Below are positions 24,301 to 37,550 of a DNA stretch of 64,000 nucleotides, in pieces (the stretch's first letter is position 1; each line of letters opens with the position of its first letter). The notes beneath the pieces were generated by a model. It did not search any database, had not been told where the DNA came from, and worked only from the letters and a program-made list of their open reading frames with translations. This DNA comes from Tubiluchus corallicola (lineage: Eukaryota; Animalia; Priapulida): NCBI GenBank assembly GCA_030141605.1, contig JAQGDQ010001067.1, positions 1,692-65,691 of the forward strand. Direction: 5' to 3'. Position numbers and translations under genes: made by a program.

Positions 24301-26469
24301 GGTATGGTGTGGGTAGTGTGGTATCTTGAGGTTGGTGTGGCGGGTTGGAGTGGTATGGTGTGGGTGGTGTGGTGTGGGTGATATGATGTTGGTGGCATGG
24401 TGTAGAGTAGTGTGGTGTATTGTGTTGTGGTGTTATGGTATGGTGTGGGTGGTGTAGTGTTGTGGTATGGTGCGAGTGGGGTGGAGGGGGTGGTGTGGTG
24501 TGGGTTGTTGTGTGCAAAATTCTTTTTGCAGGATTTGGCTAGCTTAAATGATCACAACATCCACACAAAACACACCTGATTGTCAGCAGACATCACAATC
24601 AAAGCAACTCTGAGATGGTTTTAAGCAAGAATGTATTGTACAATATAATGCCTTAGTAGAAACAATGGAGTTTAAACAGTATAAGTTTACCCTTTTATGA
24701 TAAAATAGTTGCTAAACACTACCACTCATTAAAACTACTTGTGCCAGTCTCAAAAAAGTGCTCTTTTCATCGTTAACATCATTTCAGCCTTACAGGCTTC
24801 TTTTCTATATAGCACATACACTCAGACAATTGACCTCAGCTATAACGAGACTCGGTTACAGTGAGCAAATTTTGAAGGTTCCTTGAAACTCATTATAAGC
24901 AGATTATACTGTAGTGCATTTTCTTTCAGCTGAGTGAGAAATTTTGAAACTTGCAGTAAAAAGTAGCCTGCCATATCGAAATAAAATTCTTAGCTTCAGC
25001 ATCATTTCGATCTTTTGAACTCATTTTTTCACATTTTGTGTCATTTGATAGATTGATTCATTTTACTGTAATAGAATCACAACGTTAAAAGCTCTGCTAG
25101 GAATTAAGAGATGCCTTCCATTCCTGTTATCTTAAAGATTTATTTAAAGTTATGGAATTACTAAGACCGTTATTTTTGGAATCATTTATGTATTTTGTGA
25201 GAGATTCAAAAACGGTTTTGCACAATTTGCATTGTTTTTTTTCAGAATTACTTTACACTAAATTATCGTTTTATGTTTCAGAATGGCACGTATAGCCTTT
25301 CTAGAGAATTGTGGGGTCAAATGTTTGCTAATATGATATTGGGTCGAGACATTTATGGTCCCGGTGAATATGTATTTGGTGTGTTTGATATCAACAGGAA
25401 AAAGGGTACTGTATTAACAACCGCTCACATTATTAAATGTCACAACTATTGATATATATTGTATTCTAGCTGTCAAAAGCTTTTCAGATAACTTTTCAGA
25501 TAAGTGCTAAGAAAATATTTGTGACAAAGGAAGGGGTTATTAAAGGTTACAGTAATTTCTGGTTTCAAAGTTTACAATAATTACTGAAGCAGATAGCAGA
25601 CGGTTAGTTTCAAAAGAATGTCTACTGTGAAAAGTGAAAAATTTGTCTTTTTTTCATGGAACTGTCTATTTAGGAGTTTTGCTACTCAAATATAGATCAC
25701 TGTAGAATTTTTGACTAAAGTGTAGACTATAAAACAACTAAAAGTTGGTATTAAAAACATCTATAACTTTCATATGTTGTTTTTGTAACTACTATATTGT
25801 GCTTTAATAACATTCAATAGTAAGGCCTCATTAAGTTGAAACATCAGTGGAACCTAGCTGATTATTGACACTGACAAATCACAAGTTTTTGGCACCCTAG
25901 GCTGATACTTCTGTCTCCCCCATCTCTATTGGGAATTTTTGGTTGTTTATGTAATGACTAGGTTAAACAATTACTTGTGGTGTATTAGAAACACTATTAA
26001 CCTAGTTTCTATGTTCTCATTATTAATTACATGTATTTGTAAACTGCTTATATTTAAGCAGGCTGTGCAATTGTTGTGTAATACCTTGCAACTGTTTGTT
26101 AGTGGCACTTATATAAAAGCTGCCCTCAGTAATTGCCTGTACTGTGTTATAAAATGCACCCTTTACATGACTATGAAAGTATACACATTTTCTGAGGAGA
26201 ATAAGAATTATTTCTAAAATGGGCTAACTAGGCTGTAGCCTAGTTAGCCCATTGGTTAATATACCCTGGCTGTTTCGTATGATTATTATTTTGTTTTCAT
26301 AGCACCGTTCAAGCTAGTAATCCCAAAATACGAAGATGATGAGGACAGCCTGCCTTCAACGCCGGGTGAAGACATCCCGCAACCAGTACGAAGAACGTCG
26401 TCCAGTAATAAGTTTCCACGAGTTCCAAAGAAACGAATCATAGTACGAAGTCCACCAGCTGTAGATTAA
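18396..26469 (+). CDS. EF-hand protein of the sarcoplasmic calcium-binding protein/calexcitin family, 7 coding exons, ~277 aa
   Basis: Exons 18396-18537, 19926-19978, 20213-20321, 20807-20932, 22310-22422, 25282-25405, 26303-26469, all GT-AG with consistent phases; LSNFQREKL..YNML-DQDNDGEFSLED (EF1), FEVIDKDRDAEISKQE (EF3), GPGEYVFG C-terminal SCP-type motif. Confidence 0.88.
21420..22145. repeat. Intronic minisatellite, ~36-bp unit
   Basis: Repeated aatgaatagcatgcaacacttggcttgctgaaaaac; explains the repetitive ORFs at 21297-22027. Confidence 0.92.
22527..24911. mobile_element. Old pogo/Tigger-like element with nested insertions, in intron 5 of the EF-hand gene
   Basis: TIRs tagtataatccacttataatgag (22527) and ctcattataagcagattatactg (ending 24911), TA flanks; subterminal 'ggttacagtgagc' at both ends. 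Confidence 0.65.
24170..24515. repeat. Degenerate (GTGTG/GGTGT)n simple repeat
   Basis: G/T-only pentamer-like tract; source of the His/Thr/Pro-rich spurious ORFs. Confidence 0.85.
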
Positions 26470-29400
26470 CATCACCTCCTAACCGCGCATCCCACTAATA
26501 AGTTTTCGAATGAGTAGCTGTCTTAGTGACTAGACATGATTAACTATTAAAGTTAACAGTTCAGTTTTAAAAGTCGAAGTTTGTTTTGTCAAGCAAACAT
26601 GGTGTGTTTTTACTATTTTACTTTACCTAAGATGTTTTTTCATTTCTTGTGAGGTAGTGGGTAGTAAGATACTTACAATGGATAGAAGGCTTTTAGCAGC
26701 TCTTCCTCTGGTTATGATCTGCAGCGAGCGACTTTGGGTGTATAGGACTTGATTCTCATAATAACGTAATAAATTTTTTGATACATTAGCTTGCTTCTCT
26801 GCTTTTTAAATTACTGTTTGTTATTTTGGCAAATCTAATTTCTAAAAAAACCAAGAATTTCACACTGCTGTCCAGGCCACACATTTTTGCTTCTCTGATT
26901 TGCTTCTGTAATATCAGTCTTCCTTTAAATATAGTCATGTAATTATGGAGGTACTGGTGTTATTTCTTTGGCTCTTTTGTACCGAATGTTTAACTGTCAT
27001 TGGTTATTGCTGTAAGCAATTGATTTTTTAGCATTTACCTGAAATGATCCTGAAAGCTGACCTTTTTTTTTCAAGCTTAAATTGGAAAACCCACTTAAAT
27101 GGTACATAACAGATGTAATATAAAGATTGCACACTCTACTCAGTACTTTAACATCAAGGTTTCTTCATAACTTATTATTGCCTGTTTTGCAAATTATTGT
27201 TAGGGACACGAGTAAATAATATATATTTCTCATAAATGAAAGATGCTCAGCTCCGAAAATCGCATTTTAAATATAAAAAATATATAATAAAGTTTTGTTA
27301 ACAACGATTAATTTTGGAATAATTTTTGTTTAAGCAGCATAGCTGAGCATACTCTTACAGAATGTCACCTTGAAAGGTGACAAGTACATCTTTTAATAAT
27401 GCACAAATTTGTTCATGTTGATAACTATACCTATGTTTTTCATTTATTTTGTATTCACACAGGTTTTTTAACAGATTTAACTTTGTATAATGTAATATGA
27501 ATGGTGAATCTTTTTCACCAAAAATATTATTTTTGCTAACTTACATGTTCAATTTATATTTTGCATTAAACAAAACACCTGTACAACTGCATTATAATCG
27601 CAGTACATTTAAAATGCATAAACTGTGATATCTCTATCAATGTTTATTATTGTACAGGCTTCATTATGGTGTGCTGAAATTAAATTTTAGCTCTGTAATG
27701 AATTTTGCAACATACATATTTTCACGTACATATTTTATTTTAAGCTTCAGGTGTTTCAAATTTTGTGCTGTGCACTGCAGCGGTGTGGAAAACATAAACT
27801 GAGACAGTAATTTATTGATTTTTTGACAAGTCAAAAACTGTTCAAAATACAGTCACCCAAATAGGGCAGTGATATAAACATGCCATGTAATGGAGGCCAC
27901 AAATTAGCAATCACATGTAGATTTTTAGAAACTCCAGTAACTAACTGTATCTCAACTTTACCAGTTGTTAAAATGAAGCTGAAATAGTAAGTGCTTTCCT
28001 TCTTTGTTCTAGTCTAGTCTCACATTGTACTGGTCTAGAGATAAATGTGATCTGAATAAATTATCATTTATTTTACCATTTTGTTATTTTGCTAACATTG
28101 TTTTAATGCTTTCTTTAAATTAGAATTTATTTTTGCACTTAACAAAAATACGCACAGCTTTATGAAATGTACGTGTTATTGTGATTGTTAATTTCGATAT
28201 TACGACTTTGAAATGCTTAGTTTATTCAGAACAAGCGAATTGTTAAAATGGGTTGTTTGTTATTAATTAGAAATCTTTATATTTTACTATCTAGACTAAT
28301 AAAATTGCATTAAAATGAATCATATAGCCTTCTTTGCATCAAGATAAAATAAAGCTTCTATATTTGTTTGGTAAAACTGGTCTAACTGAACATTAGCACT
28401 TTTGTCCATACAGTTCAGCACTGCAGGATCCAGCAGCTTCGCGAAGCAGATTCATTGAAAGGTCAAACGTATGTTTGTACGTAGGAACGTTCTTAGCACT
28501 ATGCATGGATTCGTTAAGGCAGTTTTCATAAAAACTTAAATTTGTTCTTAGCGTTGTGCAATGATTAGAGTAACTTTACACAATAAATACTATTTTGCAG
28601 CAAGTAATAATAGAAATTTGATACGTAAAGAATTATTTTTTGCAATAGATTAGAAATGAAAACGGTTTACAAACTATATATCTTCACCATAGACCATAAG
28701 GCTTGCATCTCTCTCTCTCTCTCTGTCTGTCTATCTATTTATGTATTCATCCGTCCATCCATCTAGATATTTATCTATCAATGTTTTTGTCTAAAACCTA
28801 CCTTACTTTCCTAACTAGCAACTGACTGATCACCCAAGCTACTTACTTATGTACCTGCCCATCTATCCATTTATCTTTTTCTCATTATTCTCCTGCTAGA
28901 TTCATTGGTAATTTAGAGCATTTCAGCAAAAAAAGAGACAAACACAAAAACAAACATGCCTCAAACTTACTGTAGGCTTCCAAAAAGTAAGAGTTGGGGA
29001 GTTTATTGTTTTACAATTTGTACAGCAATTATATTAAATTATTATGCCGAAGTACCAATATTCCTGATATTCGAAATGCAGATGTCATGATGTACTTGAA
29101 GATAAAGACTAACTCAACATTTACAAGGACAAAATGATCTAATGAATTCAATCTACTTTTGTGGAAAACACCTCATGTCGTAAACTATAATTAGTATTCA
29201 TTACTTTGACAGAATCGAGATAAGATGTAGCTCACAATAAGTGATGTTTAATGTAATTATAAATGGAGTAGTTGTACATATGTGCGTACACAGGAATCAC
29301 ATAGCTAAGGGAAGAAGCTACACATGTAATGTGATTTAACAGTCATTTAGTTAAAAAACAATAACCAAAATTCAATGGCTTAGAATCAAAGGGTAATTTT

Positions 29401-29783
29401 TTTTAGAAAAAAGACTATGCTGCCACAATATCCATAAATCGTAAACAGTATATTTGTCATCAGTATATAAAACTAGTCAATTTTGCATAAACTTTCACAA
29501 TTTTAGCAAATGAATGTTTGCATGAAAATAAATTGATGGGACTTTGCAAAAACTACGAGTAGTTTAATGAATTAATGATCATATTAATCAATTTTGTAAT
29601 AACCACGATTTGTGGGTGATTATATAGCTTTTTATATTATCTTGACCAGGACTTCTAAAATCATTATGATAAAGGGAAATCCATTTAAATTCGATAAATG
29701 GTCAATAAATAAATTCAATTCAATTTCAAATTTGATTGAATACCAGTAAAATGACTAAAATAATGAAAGATAAACAAGCCACA

Positions 29784-32699
29784 TCAACTTGCCCAAAAAT
29801 TCGTTGGCAAACGCTTAGGTGGTGGTGGTATAGACCCTGTTTTGATACACTTCTCTAAGAACGTTTTCAATCGAATAAGAGGTCCACCTTGTCCTTGCGA
29901 TGTCACTTTTTCGATCTTTGGAAAATAGTCACTGCAAATTGTGTACAGTAATTTCTGAAACTGCCTGCCGTAAGCACTGAGCAATGCGAATCCAGCAACT
30001 TGCAAAAATTCATATATGACTGTGGCTGATATATCTGGATGCGGATGTAAATTGATAATGTTTGACAGCCAAATCCAGCCATGTTCTATTCCATGTGGAT
30101 GATTGCCATGTTGAGAAGGAGAAATTAGTATAGCTGCATACAGGCGAACGATACCAGACATTCGATTTAGAAACTTATCTTGTTTTTCTATCATACCATC
30201 ATTATAAATGTATCCTAAAGCTTTGTAATGATCCTCCTGTGATTCACCTTCTTGTTGTGGTATATAATAAGGGACTAAGTAAGGGCACCTCAAGTGGAAA
30301 TGAGCCAGCAGTAATGCACCAAAGTCAGCATAGCGTTGCCACAAAGCAACGGCTACGGCTGCAATAGGAAAAGCTCCTTCGGGTTTTGATGCAACTTCAC
30401 CATCGCCCTGACGGATAATTTTCTGAGCAATAATATTTTTAGCAAAATCAGCTCCGTCTGGATGGTCATTTATGGACACTCTTTTCCCAGCAATTTCAAT
30501 GGTGTGACCTTCTAAAAGACTGCACAAACTGACTATTTTACTACGAAGATGTGTACCGGAAATTGACGAAATAGCATTTATAGGTGTGTTTATTGCTCGA
30601 TGAAGCTCAAACCTTAGCTTCTTATGTGCCGGATTTGATGCTATATCCTTGCACTTCAGAATGCACTGCTCTAATTGCTGTTTTAAATTCTCATAATTTT
30701 TATATGCTGACTCAGTTATGCATAAAATTTGTCCTTCTGAAAGACTTAAATCTCCAGCACCAGCTTCGGGTTCTCGTGCTTCTTTGGGTTCTGCAAGTAT
30801 GCTTACATTATCATCTGAAACTTTAATTCCAGTTTTTTGTTTCACTTTAATAACAAGTTCTGCTGCTTTTAGTTCTCCTTCAGTGTTAGCTTTGTGTGTA
30901 ACTTTTTCGGCAGATTCGTGTAACAGTCTTAAAGCAGTTACTAACTGATTCATCTGCACAACATGCACTGCTGTTGCTCTGTTAGCCTTAACATTTGCTA
31001 GAATGGCTCCTCGTTGATTAACAATTTGCATCACTTCATTATTTATAGCTTTTACCTGCTGGCTGTCCAGCTTTTCAGTATACTTACAAGAGTTGAGAAT
31101 GGACTGAATGTCGACTGACAACTTGTCAATCTGTTCTTCTAAACTAGTCAATGTACCGAGGAGCTTCTTGGATTCTTCTGCCAGCTTCTCACTTTGCTCC
31201 TGTGCCAGCTCAGCTTCTCTGAGTTTAGCGTCAAGCTTTCTAGCATGACTTCGGTACTGGTCTTTCAGTTTTTGCTGCTTCTGTAAAAGTTCTCTCTCCT
31301 TATTTTCTTCTGCAATTTGCATAGTGAGAAACTCCGACATTGCCTTTTGTTCTCTAGCTATTTCCAGAGCTTGCAGCTTTTTTTGTGCAAAATCGCTAAC
31401 ATCCTGCCAAAATGTTTCATACACTGTCCTTTTTTCCTCTATCGATTGCTGCAACTTTTCATTCCACTGCTCTTCGGCATCCAATTGAAGGAGAAAAGCA
31501 TTATTTCCAGGTAGAATCTCACTATTACCAGATTCCACATTAACATGTTTGTTGACATGAAAGTATTTGTCAGATGATCTAGATGATGCACGAGCATCTC
31601 CGCTATGTTGTTCTGGTGAAGAAGACTTTTTCCTTGGTAGAACTGCAGGGTCAATAGTAGGTGGCACAAAGAATTCATCCAACAAATCCCTTATTTTGCC
31701 TTTTTCAAACCAATCACTAAAAAAGTAAAATAGAAGCAAAATAGTAGAACAAAGTAATGAACTACATAAAATGCATTCCTTTTAAAATTGATATCCAAAC
31801 AAACATTTTTTGTATGTTTCATATGTCACTAAGTACAATATTCTTCATCACTGTAGATATTTTGCAATAGTTAGTTATAAGGGACCCTAAATACCATCAG
31901 GTAGTCACACACATTATACTCACAGATAATAGGTGATTTCAATTTTTCTTGATGTTCAATTGTATTTCTATTTTAAATAACAATTTTTGAGTCAATTTCG
32001 AATTTTTTACACTTTTCAGATTATACGTCTACATTCCTTGGTTTTGTCATCAGTATAGGTCACTACAAATGCACTACACAAATTGCAAGGTTAGAAATTT
32101 TGGAGCTGTAAGTGGAAAGCTTTTGCTAGCTTCTTCAGTTTGAGTAGTCTGTCGCATTTGGTAATTCGACAACACATGACCACCAGAAGTCTTTAACATA
32201 CATGGCATTACATAAACTTGCATTAGGAAGCTGAAAATAACGCAACATTAAACAATGGTGCAAAGTTAAGAATGAAAAAAATCAAATCTCAACAGCAAGC
32301 CACTTTTCAATTTTGCTAAGATTTGTACTCAAACATACACAAACCATTGAATACTTGTAATATCTGACATATCAATGACTGACTTTAGAATTACTACAAA
32401 CTTGGTTTGATCTGCTTCACCACAATGCCATACAGAATTCTAAGCGAAAATTGAACTTTCCAACACAGCTCTGTCTCTGTCTGGCAGTTGCAAGTTGTAA
32501 CTAATATAAATTGTAACTAGTTGTAACTACTGTTGTGTCATATACATGTTAATAAAAATTTGACAAGTGGACAGGATGCATAAAATGTGTATGAGTTTCA
32601 AGTGCACAATTAAAAATACTTTCACACTCACCCATCATAAATTAGCTGACCTTTCTCTGTCTGAGCCAGAGCAATGAGAGTTGGTGACATTGCAGACAT
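29784..32699 (-). CDS. GLE1: mRNA export factor GLE1 (nucleoporin, DDX19 activator), 2 coding exons, ~666 aa
   Basis: Exon 32632-32699 (MSAMSPTLIALAQTEKGQLIYD, GTGAGT donor) joins 29784-31716 in frame, giving ...KGQLIYDGDW, matching the GLE1 N-terminal motif; coiled coil, then the GLE1 domain (INTPINAISSISG, AFPIAAV, CPYLVPYY, FLNRMSGIVRLYAA, YGRQFQKLL). Confidence 0.93.
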
Positions 32700-35589
32700 C
32701 GTAGAGTTCTTTATTTCATTGCTCTTTTATTGTTGTCTGTTCCATAGATAGATTCAATCATTAACTAGATAATGTCTATAAAAATAAAGATAACTAAAGT
32801 TATTTAATCATCTATTAAACACTCACAATGGTTTAGTAAAGAGAATACATTAGGCAAGACATAGTTTTATAATTCTTTCTCTCTGTGGCTTTTTCCAACT
32901 TCCCTTCCTCTTAACAGTAACAAGTTTAACCACATTTTTCTTGCTTTTAATCTTTGGCTATTTTATCGCTATTCTTCAGTAATGATCTAGGCCTTTACAA
33001 AATCAATCTCTAATTGATTATTTACTTTTAATATTCGTAACTCCAAATTTTGGGCAGAGTTGCAAAGCGTAGCTCAAAAACAGAAAGTTAAAAAAACAAT
33101 GCAGCCTTTTTATGCAGTCTGGCATAACAGTCTGAATCGATGTAAGCCGTATGATAGAGAAAAGGTTAAAAACAAAGATGAGCTTCTCTGATTTGTTTAC
33201 AGTCCGCAGAAAATCCTCATCTGTAATTAAGAGATCAGCATGCACACAGGTCTACAAGCATTTACCAAAATTGAGAAATGAATCCGACGACTTTTGGATC
33301 CACTTCTGTGAAGTTTCTCTCCATTGTCATATATGGTAAATAATGATGGGCAAATGCCTCGGTCATCAAAGTTGTTAAAATAATTGAGATTCAGAATAAC
33401 TGTTTATTAATATTATTATTAAAGGTGAATAAGTATTAATAAGCAGGCCCGATTTTTTAACATTTAACTTTAGTAAGTTATTACTGGTTGCAAAGAAATA
33501 CATTAATTATCGTGGAATATTCTAATAAAGAAACTTCTCACTACATAACTCAAGTTCATTATCCCTGGCCTGCATATTCTCAGAAGCAGTAACATCCACA
33601 ATTCATTATTGTTACCACTATCTTTATAGATCTGCAAATAAAGTTTTTCACTGTCCTTGATCCAAGCTCTGACATTACTAATGGCTCTGCTATATTATCA
33701 CCATAATTATACTAATCCAAAACTTGAGTCTCGACCAGCTGTGCTCTTCACCCGATCGTAGGTTGGCATCACTCAAGGTTGAGCACACCCCTTGATTAAG
33801 CATTAAGCAAAATAAGCCTCATGGGAACACAGGAAGAGAGCCCCCACACAGCTTTTCTTCAAATCGAATACTTAGCCAAAAGTAAAAATACACTGGAATA
33901 TGCATGGTCGTTTCTGTGTTTGTTTACATTCGGATGGTATAGATAGGCATCGATTTTTAATCTACTATCACTTTTTATGAAAAGCTGATAGCCTTGCTAA
34001 TATTGGAAATAAATGTTACTGCAAGTTTTTCCATTTTGAAAGTTAAAATTTCATTTAACCGTTTAGTATTGCTTTTATTCTGAATTATACATTTACTGGG
34101 GACCATAATCTTTATGGTGCTTAGGGCCTCTTGCTGTCTTAAGGTGGGTTTGGTCTAGCGTTATCCCAGGTCGAAATTGGCACAGTCTGATCGGTAGCGT
34201 CAGAGAGCACGCACGTTGAGCAACCACGACGATAGCTAAGTTACGATCATAAATTCGTAACTTAGCTATGCAATATGCATGCCTTATCAACTATACTTAA
34301 TTCATTGCTTGCATGCTTCATGATGTCCAATTTGCATTGCCGCAATTACACTTGCTGCCCAATTTTGATATGCTTTGCAAATATTTTTGCTTTATTTTAA
34401 TGCTGATCAACTTAATTGCTAATACCTAACAGACACTTGAACATTTATTGTACATTTATGTTTTTTTGTCCTTTTCTTAATATTGCTTAAAAACTTAAAG
34501 TATTGCTTACTTGTTAAATCAGACAGTTTTTTGTATTCTGTTGTTATGATAATTAAATCTGTCATAGATTTGTCATTCTTCAAATTCAAAATTTTTGCTT
34601 AATGTATTGTAATTGTTAGGACAATTTATTTTTCTTTTTTACCTCTTTTCTTTTTTTTGCTATTCACATGTATATTCATAGTCTCTTTACAGATATGTTG
34701 TAATTTCCATAAAACAAACAGTTGATAACTATTACTTCTTTTAAAGTTACTAATTTAAATTTTATTTTGCGAATGTTGTTTTTTCCGATCATTAAAATAT
34801 TCTCATTTTGATCTGATTTTCTGTTTTGAACCGTATATTATCTTTAATGCTTGACTATATTTTTCTTTAGGAACGACTGGTTTTTTGCTGTTGTTGTTGT
34901 ATTTATGTATGTTTACGTACTTTTCATAGTTGCGTTTTTTCTGTCACTAGCGTCACTTTCTCCTACGTTCATTGTATTTTTATATATTTTATAGTTAAAT
35001 TATTGTAAATTCATGGAGAAAAATAATAACTAATTCTAATTCTCGCGTAATACACAGAAGCAAGATGTGAATGTCTTGAAAAATCTAAGTTTAAGGCCTT
35101 ATATTCTGGGTTACTGAAGATAATTCTAAGATTTGAGAAAATAGCTAATAAATTACCGCCATATACTGATATTCTGTTTTAGACAATACGGGATACCCTC
35201 CAGCAACAGGTACGCTCTTGATTTTCTCATACTGAGCTGATTTCAGTCTTTAATTCGCACAAATCCACTCGAAAAAATATGGGGCCTCATTAAAAATCAT
35301 TAATCGTTAGCTACTAAAAAAGTCGAAGAGTGTAGACAAGAGATGCGTTATTTACTATTATAACCATAAATAAAAGTGTAAATGATTGAAATTATGGCTT
35401 TATTCCAATTTAAAGAGCAGCGTGCTATTCCAATTACAAGCTAAAGTGCACTGCCTAAAAGAATACCAATCCAAACAATTCCAACAGGAAAAGATGCTAA
35501 TTAGTTACTGAATACTATAATAATCACTATAAAATGTACTAAATTGTAAGGCATGTGCAACTTGTCAACAACATTGCTTTCCAACATAA

Positions 35590-36080
35590 ATACTACCGAC
35601 GCTGAAACCAGTCAAAATGTATTGTCGAAAATGACTGCATCATTGTATAGATCCCAATAATCTTGTTCCAAGTCCAATGAGCGCACTTTGCAGATTTCAC
35701 AAAATTTTGTTGAGTTTCCTTGCTAGCAGCCACCACCAGTCTCAAGTAACAAATTTCACAATAGTTTCTTATGTTAACCAAGTTATGATGTTCCTGACAG
35801 CATGTTTAATTGTAAAGAAAGTCTCCAAACCGTTTGTGCTATTTGAATGCAAGTTAGTTGACCAAAGGTTAAGAAATGATTTTATCAATTTGGCAATTTT
35901 AGATGCAGACATGCTCTTTCCAGTAGAAGCAATGTAGCTCGGTTGCTGCTTTGCTAGTTTAATTTCGGGCAATTTCATCCCATCTCTAACCTCGTATTTT
36001 TTAATTACAACTTGTGTTATACGATGATGTAGTCGTTGTATGTTAGTCAGCTCTGTTAAATTAAATTGATTCAAGCATCA
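35590..36080 (-). mobile_element. Possible highly degraded Penelope-like element (linker and GIY-YIG region)
   Basis: Fragments SYI...SKIAKLIKS...LETFFTIK..V...NYCEIC..ETQQNF follow the order of Penelope C-terminal motifs; heavily decayed. Confidence 0.4.
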
Positions 36081-37550
36081 CCTTTATTGTATAAGCTATA
36101 GTAGCTTAAATGTATACGTCATTGCATCACTGAAATAATTATGCAAAAATTATGTCATCAATAGTCCGTAAATTTTGGTATCTGTGAAATTTAATGTCCG
36201 TCTAACTAAATACATGTACCCATCTTCTAATGTGAAATTGATATCTGCGCTAATTATTTATTTTAGCTAGCTTTGATGAATTTAAATTATTGGTGGACTC
36301 GTGTGTCTGTGTTTTTGGTATCTGTCGATCTATTCTTTATGTAATACTGCAGCTATGTATTAAAATTTCTGTCTAATAAAACATGCCTATAAAAATTATA
36401 TAACTAACATTTTGATTGTTGTATGTATTAATGTTGTACATTTATCAGCTTTATTAATGTTAAATTATAGCCGTGTACTTTCGTGTAACATGCATCAGTC
36501 AACCTGTTATTTATGTAACTCTATATCGTGACATGTGTTATCAAATTTTAATATAAAGAAGTCAGCGTCATTATTCCACCGTACAAGTCACTTGTCACGC
36601 CTGCAGCAGATTCAAAGAATATGCCTAAGGCTGGACGACTTCAGCTGGGATTCTGTTTCTACAGTACATGCAGGACAACCATCGACCTAATCTACGCATG
36701 CATAAAGTAATAAATGATGAATGGCGCAATCGAATAAAATGTATTTTTCTATCGTCTATATAGACAATTTCGAGGTCACAAACACAAACTATTTGTACTT
36801 GGACAAACGTTCAAAACATCTCTTTGCTCATAGAGTGTTCTTCGTTGGAGCAAGTTGATTAGTTATACTGTAACTTGTAAGTTCAGACACTGTGAAGAAG
36901 TTCATGACAGGTCTGGGAGGTGTGCACCCTCTGACATATTGCTAGCACACCTAAGCTGCTTGAACACAAATATTTTAGGCAATCTATCTAAAAATCTTGT
37001 TCCTAAAAACTGTCTTGATTGAACTCCATTTCAGTGTGATTTCTGTGATTCTGCTAGATCCACTTCATCAATAGATGAGCAAATTTAAGTTTGCCAAATC
37101 AAGTTTCACTGTATTTAGGCATTGTACTTTCATGTTTCTTTTTGTATTGACGAATAATACAAAAAGAAATTTTGTAATAACCTGATAATCAAAGAGGTAA
37201 CCTGATAATCAAAGAGGTCACATATGCTGCAAGGAGCCAAAAACAAACAACTCGGATTCAGCTGACTTAAGTTAACCTATGAGATGGAATTATTTGCTTG
37301 TTCGCGTAATATTATTCAGTGCTCACTGCTCAGGGTTCAGTTAATAATCAATACATAGTAACCTGTCGAAAGAGTGACATGGGCGTAAGCGCAACTCACA
37401 AGTTGTGGTATTAATCAAGTTCACTTTTTTACTAAGAATTCACTTTTTTTGACAATATGTAATGTTGTTTATTTACAATGGTTTCATGTTGGGAGCTTGT
37501 GCTGATGTTCTCAAATTTATTTTCAAGTGATAATTTAATAGACGAGCAGT

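Noticed and set aside
24101-24517. His/Pro/Thr-rich 138-aa ORF
   Set aside because: Translation of a GT-rich simple repeat within a decayed transposon; no splice or start context.
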